A stretch of DNA of 63,701 nucleotides, the filler included, from Clostridia bacterium (GTDB lineage Bacteria; CBDUZB01; JAGLHV01): NCBI GenBank assembly GCA_030637025.1. It is 5 parts of 5 records of this genome, joined end to end, with 100 filler letters (N's around TTAATTAATTAA, not from the genome) between each part and the next. Parts side by side here need not be neighbours in the genome. Positions count along the whole stretch, not along the records: positions 56,493 to 61,463 come from DAOVVV010000065.1; positions 61,564 to 63,701 come from DAOVVV010000076.1; 3 more parts are not named here. One strand, 5' to 3'. Under the pieces are notes generated by a model that was given only the letters and a program-made list of their open reading frames with translations, did no database searches and was not told the DNA's origin. Made by a program: the position numbers and the translations under genes. Numbering within the stretch: position 1 is the first letter of the stretch; every line of letters begins with the position of its first letter. This document shows, piece after piece, positions 60,242 to 63,701 of this stretch.

Positions 60242-61288
60242 CTAAAAATTAAGCGTTAAAGAAAGCTGATAAAGAGAATTTATTTCTTCTCTTAAACAAA
60301 AAGCATAATCCAATTGCCATCCTTTTGTTTTAAATCCTGCTCCACAAGTAAAAGAATCCAAATCATATCCGATTTTATAACCCATTCTGGCTGCAATTAC
60401 TTCTTTAAACCAATATTCTACTCCAAAATTTACTTTTATTTTATCGTTAAAATCATCTAACGGTACTACTAAATCACAAGCACCTATACCGTTTTCGCAC
60501 GGTCCAAAGGCATAAGCTATTCCTGCGCGAACATTAAAAGGTAAAGAATCTTCTTTCTCCTCATATTTTATTCCTTTTCCTAAATTCTGTAAATTTACTC
60601 CCAGGGAAACATTTTCTACCATACATTTGTATAACCATCCTAAATCCAGAGCAAAAGTAGTCGTTTGATATTCCTGAACTAAGCTCGAATGAATAACTTT
60701 TAAGTTCATTCCTACAAAATGCCTTCCTAAGCTTTTTTCAGTTAGCAAAGGTTTAATTATAGAAACATATTCACTATAAGTAAAAGTAAATACATAATCC
60801 TGTTGCGCACAAATAGTTCGTGAACTTTGAAAAGAACCATCCGAATTAGTAGTATTTATCTGAATATCCCCTCCCTGAAAAAATACCAGGCTTTCTGCTA
60901 TTGCTACTATTCTGTGTCCAAAAAATCCACTTATATTCAATGGCTGTTCGAAACCTATAAATCCATAACTTGTATCTACAAATCCTTTTAAATACAAGGC
61001 CGTAAGCTGTTTATTTTTAAATTTTAATAAAGGCGGAATTAAAATGCTGTCCATTGATTCCCTTACCGGTTCCCGAACATTCAATTGTACCAATCCAGCC
61101 GGATTGTAATAAACCGCACTTAAATCATCGGCCACAGCACAAAAAGCTTCTCCCATTCCTGCTGCCCGCGTCCCCATCGCCTGCTTTAAAAATATCGCCC
61201 CTGAAGTAGAAGACCGTTCAGCAAAAACAACACCCGTTAATAAACAAACCATAATAACTATTAAAAAACCAACAAGTACCCGCTTCAT
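60242..61288 (-). CDS. PorV/PorQ-family outer-membrane beta-barrel
   Basis: FLKQAMGTRAAGMGEAFCAVADD.SAVYYNPAGL; C-terminal aromatic F. Confidence 0.8.
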   Translation of the reverse strand: MKRVLVGFLIVIMVCLLTGVVFAERSSTSGAIFLKQAMGTRAAGMGEAFCAVADDLSAVYYNPAGLVQLNVREPVRESMDSILIPPLLKFKNKQLTALYLKGFVDTSYGFIGFEQPLNISGFFGHRIVAIAESLVFFQGGDIQINTTNSDGSFQSSRTICAQQDYVFTFTYSEYVSIIKPLLTEKSLGRHFVGMNLKVIHSSLVQEYQTTTFALDLGWLYKCMVENVSLGVNLQNLGKGIKYEEKEDSLPFNVRAGIAYAFGPCENGIGACDLVVPLDDFNDKIKVNFGVEYWFKEVIAARMGYKIGYDLDSFTCGAGFKTKGWQLDYAFCLREEINSLYQLSLTLNF

Positions 61289-61463
61289 TTATTTCCCCAT
61301 TTTACAATTGTCACAAATAATACTAAATCCCCCTAACCCCCACTACTGTCCCGATGTTTTTGGGTTGATCTTTGAAATATATAATAAAATCAATAAGTTT
61401 TAGCGAAAATAGAATTTTAGGGTTTGGAATTTAATTTTTATTTATGTCATACTATTACCTAAA

Positions 61464-61563
61464 NNNNNNNNNNNNNNNNNNNNNNNNNNNNNNNNNNNNN
61501 NNNNNNNTTAATTAATTAANNNNNNNNNNNNNNNNNNNNNNNNNNNNNNNNNNNNNNNNNNNN
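61464..61563. other. Artificial contig linker
   Basis: N44-TTAATTAATTAA-N44. Confidence 0.97.
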
Positions 61564-61564
61564 T

Positions 61565-61699
61565 AATAATCAGAAAGTGGTGAATGCCTATTTAAAAGAA
61601 CAAGTAGATTTTTTTGTTTATTTAGACACAAGAGAAGAAGACTTTTTAACTGCGGATTCTATGGAGTTTGGTACCAGTATAGAAAAATATTTTTTTTGA
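61565..61699 (+). CDS. 3' end of a truncated gene
   Basis: Open frame NNQKVVNAYLKEQVDFF...EFGTSIEKYFF* from the contig edge. Confidence 0.45.
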   Translation, partial: NNQKVVNAYLKEQVDFFVYLDTREEDFLTADSMEFGTSIEKYFF

Positions 61700-61700
61700 A

Positions 61701-61729
61701 GGAACTTTTTTTTTAATTTTTTTGTCTAA
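61701..61729 (+). promoter_or_regulatory. ECF sigma (sigmaE-like) promoter
   Basis: GGAACTT-N16-GTCTAA upstream of the Spy/CpxP-like gene. Confidence 0.6.
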
Positions 61730-61770
61730 GATAGTGAGAAGTAAAATAATAAAAAAGGAGGTAAGAATTT

Positions 61771-62691
61771 ATGAACGCAAAATTTAAACCAATAGTTGTT
61801 TGTGTGGGAGTAATGGTAGTATCTTTTTTAAGTGTGGTTGCCTATGCTGGTAGTGGCCATGACTATGGAAAAAAAAGGATAGATAATTTAGCTAAAGAGC
61901 TGGAATTAACCCCTAAACAACAAAAGCAATTTAAGAAACAACAGGAAATAGGTCATAAACAGGGAAAGAAGAATTGGCAATTATTGAAAGAAAAAAAAGG
62001 GGAACTTAAAGAAGAATTAGAAAAAATAAATTCGGATGAAAGAAAAATAAAGAAAATAATTAAAGAGTATAAGGAATTAAAGGCGAAATTGATTAATCAA
62101 AGAGTAGACAGTGGGTTAAAAATGAAAAAAATTTTAACAGCTGAGCAATTTGATAAATTTCATCAAAAAGTAAATGTTGGTAAAAAAGAAAGGATGCATA
62201 GACGAAAAGAAAAAATGCATGAGGGAAGGATGGATAATTTGATTAAGGAACTGAATTTGACTCCCCGGCAGCAGGAAAAACTGGAAAAACATCATGAGGC
62301 AAATCGTCAGAAAAAAGAAAAAATGCATGAGGAGAGGATGGATAATATGATTGGGGAACTGAAATTGACTTCCCAACAGCAAGAACAGTTGGGAAAATAC
62401 CGAGAGGCAAATCATGAGAGACATAGAAAATACCGGGGTTTATTGCAGGATAAGCGAAAAGAACTTGAAACAGAATTAGCTAAATATGATTCAGATGAGG
62501 GGAAAATAAAAAGAATAGCTGCTCAGCTTACGGATTTATGGGGCGAAGCTATAGAACAAAGAACAAACAGCGTATTGGAAATAAAGAAGGTGTTAACCCC
62601 GGAGCAATTTAAACAATTTCGGCAAAAGAAAAATACTTTTAGACACAAAAAAACCGGTAAACGAGGGTATCCGGGGGAATATAGGAAGTAA
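61771..62691 (+). CDS. Spy/CpxP-family periplasmic chaperone with duplicated LTxxQ units
   Basis: Signal peptide; LELTPKQ, ILTAEQ, LNLTPRQ, LKLTSQQ and VLTPEQ. Confidence 0.8.
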   Translation: MNAKFKPIVVCVGVMVVSFLSVVAYAGSGHDYGKKRIDNLAKELELTPKQQKQFKKQQEIGHKQGKKNWQLLKEKKGELKEELEKINSDERKIKKIIKEYKELKAKLINQRVDSGLKMKKILTAEQFDKFHQKVNVGKKERMHRRKEKMHEGRMDNLIKELNLTPRQQEKLEKHHEANRQKKEKMHEERMDNMIGELKLTSQQQEQLGKYREANHERHRKYRGLLQDKRKELETELAKYDSDEGKIKRIAAQLTDLWGEAIEQRTNSVLEIKKVLTPEQFKQFRQKKNTFRHKKTGKRGYPGEYRK

Positions 62692-62712
62692 TTTCCTTTA
62701 GAGTAATTATTA

Positions 62713-62755
62713 AATAAGAGAGGGACTAATTTTAAAATTAGTCCCTCTCTTATTT
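62713..62755. terminator. Bidirectional terminator
   Basis: Long palindrome AAATAAGAGAGGGACTAATTTTAAAATTAGTCCCTCTCTTATTT between convergent genes. Confidence 0.8.
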
Positions 62756-62781
62756 AAGCATAAAGTTTTGTGGTTAATAAT

Positions 62782-63417
62782 TTAAAAGTGATATCCTGCG
62801 GAAGCGCAAACATAAGGATAAAATTCGTGTTCGTCAAGAATAGGGCGCTGTATCTGCATCAGTATGTTGCTCATCGAAACTAAAGTTAAATTGGTTAGAT
62901 CTAATCCCTGGACTTGGCGGTCAAGGGTTCTGTATTTAGCGTGGAAGAGATAAGCAGTACCGGCAGTAATATTCAGGGTAAGACCCTGTCTTTTCTCAGG
63001 TTGATTAAAGAAGCTGAATCCTATTTCAAAATTCCACCAGGAATAATTATCATTAAATTTAACCTCAATATCCCCGTAAGTTTCACCGGTATCAGTATCT
63101 ATGAATTCTGTTTTTGCATGGCCTTTATGATAGCTAAAGGAAGGTCCTGTACCAATGTGAACCTCGTTGTCTTCTTTGGGATAAAAACGAACCATGGTTG
63201 AATACTGAATACCGGTAATTCCTCCTCCTATTCCCAGACAAAAATCAAAATAATTCCAGGATAAATTTCCTTCTACTCCCATAAGTCCTAATGGACTACC
63301 CGCCCCGGCTGTGGCTTGAAAGCCAAGACTGGTACGGTAAATATTGGAAGCGTAAACTATTTGACTCATAAGAAAAAAAACACCTAAACATAAAAACAGA
63401 ACTTTTAAATTTTTCAT
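62782..63417 (-). CDS. Hypothetical exported protein, probable small outer-membrane beta-barrel
   Basis: Signal peptide, amphipathic strands and C-terminal AGYHF; GGAGG RBS before ATG 63417. Confidence 0.65.
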   Translation of the reverse strand: MKNLKVLFLCLGVFFLMSQIVYASNIYRTSLGFQATAGAGSPLGLMGVEGNLSWNYFDFCLGIGGGITGIQYSTMVRFYPKEDNEVHIGTGPSFSYHKGHAKTEFIDTDTGETYGDIEVKFNDNYSWWNFEIGFSFFNQPEKRQGLTLNITAGTAYLFHAKYRTLDRQVQGLDLTNLTLVSMSNILMQIQRPILDEHEFYPYVCASAGYHF

Positions 63418-63701
63418 AAAATTTTTTCCTCCCAATAATGAGTAATATCAAAAGTATTTGACATTTAGTTTATAATTTGTTAACGAGAATATTCGTTTAG
63501 TTTTGCGTTCTCGTCGTCCTCCCCCATTGAAAAAGAATAATATCTCCCCCTTTTTCAAAGGGGGAAATCTCTTTTCATATTCTTTCATCTAATTTTTGAC
63601 ACTACCTAATAATGAAATAATTACCTATTTAATATCTTTTATTTTTTTATAGCTCTTTTTACAGTATCGGAAAAGCTTAAATAATAGTTTATATAATATA
63701 A

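Overview
Low-GC bacterial sequence made of five unrelated contig pieces joined by 100-nt N/TTAATTAATTAA/N linkers (1-14673, 14774-31072, 31173-56392, 56493-61463, 61564-63701), so gene order across linkers means nothing. It looks like a metagenome-assembled diderm bacterium. TonB receptor, PorV-like barrel, gliding-motility-type C-terminal domain and many TPR lipoproteins suggest Elusimicrobiota or a related lineage (inference only). Most genes are housekeeping: ftsEX-envC-ctpA, clpB, eno, ftsB, nadA, rplM-rpsI, pabB/C, surE, ybaB, mtnP, mtnN, cstA, tRNA-Ser(GGA) and tRNA-Leu(CAG). The best candidate for a new system is in a defence island after tRNA-Ser: an 804-aa protein with two tandem TIR/nucleoside-deoxyribosyltransferase-like domains fused to an Sll1717-type P-loop ATPase, next to a DUF4297-HerA pair, with the block bounded by a 15-bp inverted repeat. 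Other notable points: a BirA-type operator ahead of bioY coupled to a TonB-dependent receptor; an AbiE toxin-antitoxin module flanked by a diverged duplicate of the dagK 3' end; a Zn-ribbon/HEPN-motif gene between 50-bp inverted repeats; strong CCGG enrichment in native genes; several intergenic MITE/REP families; and several ORFs missed by the ORF track. All family calls come from motif recognition by eye, not database searches.
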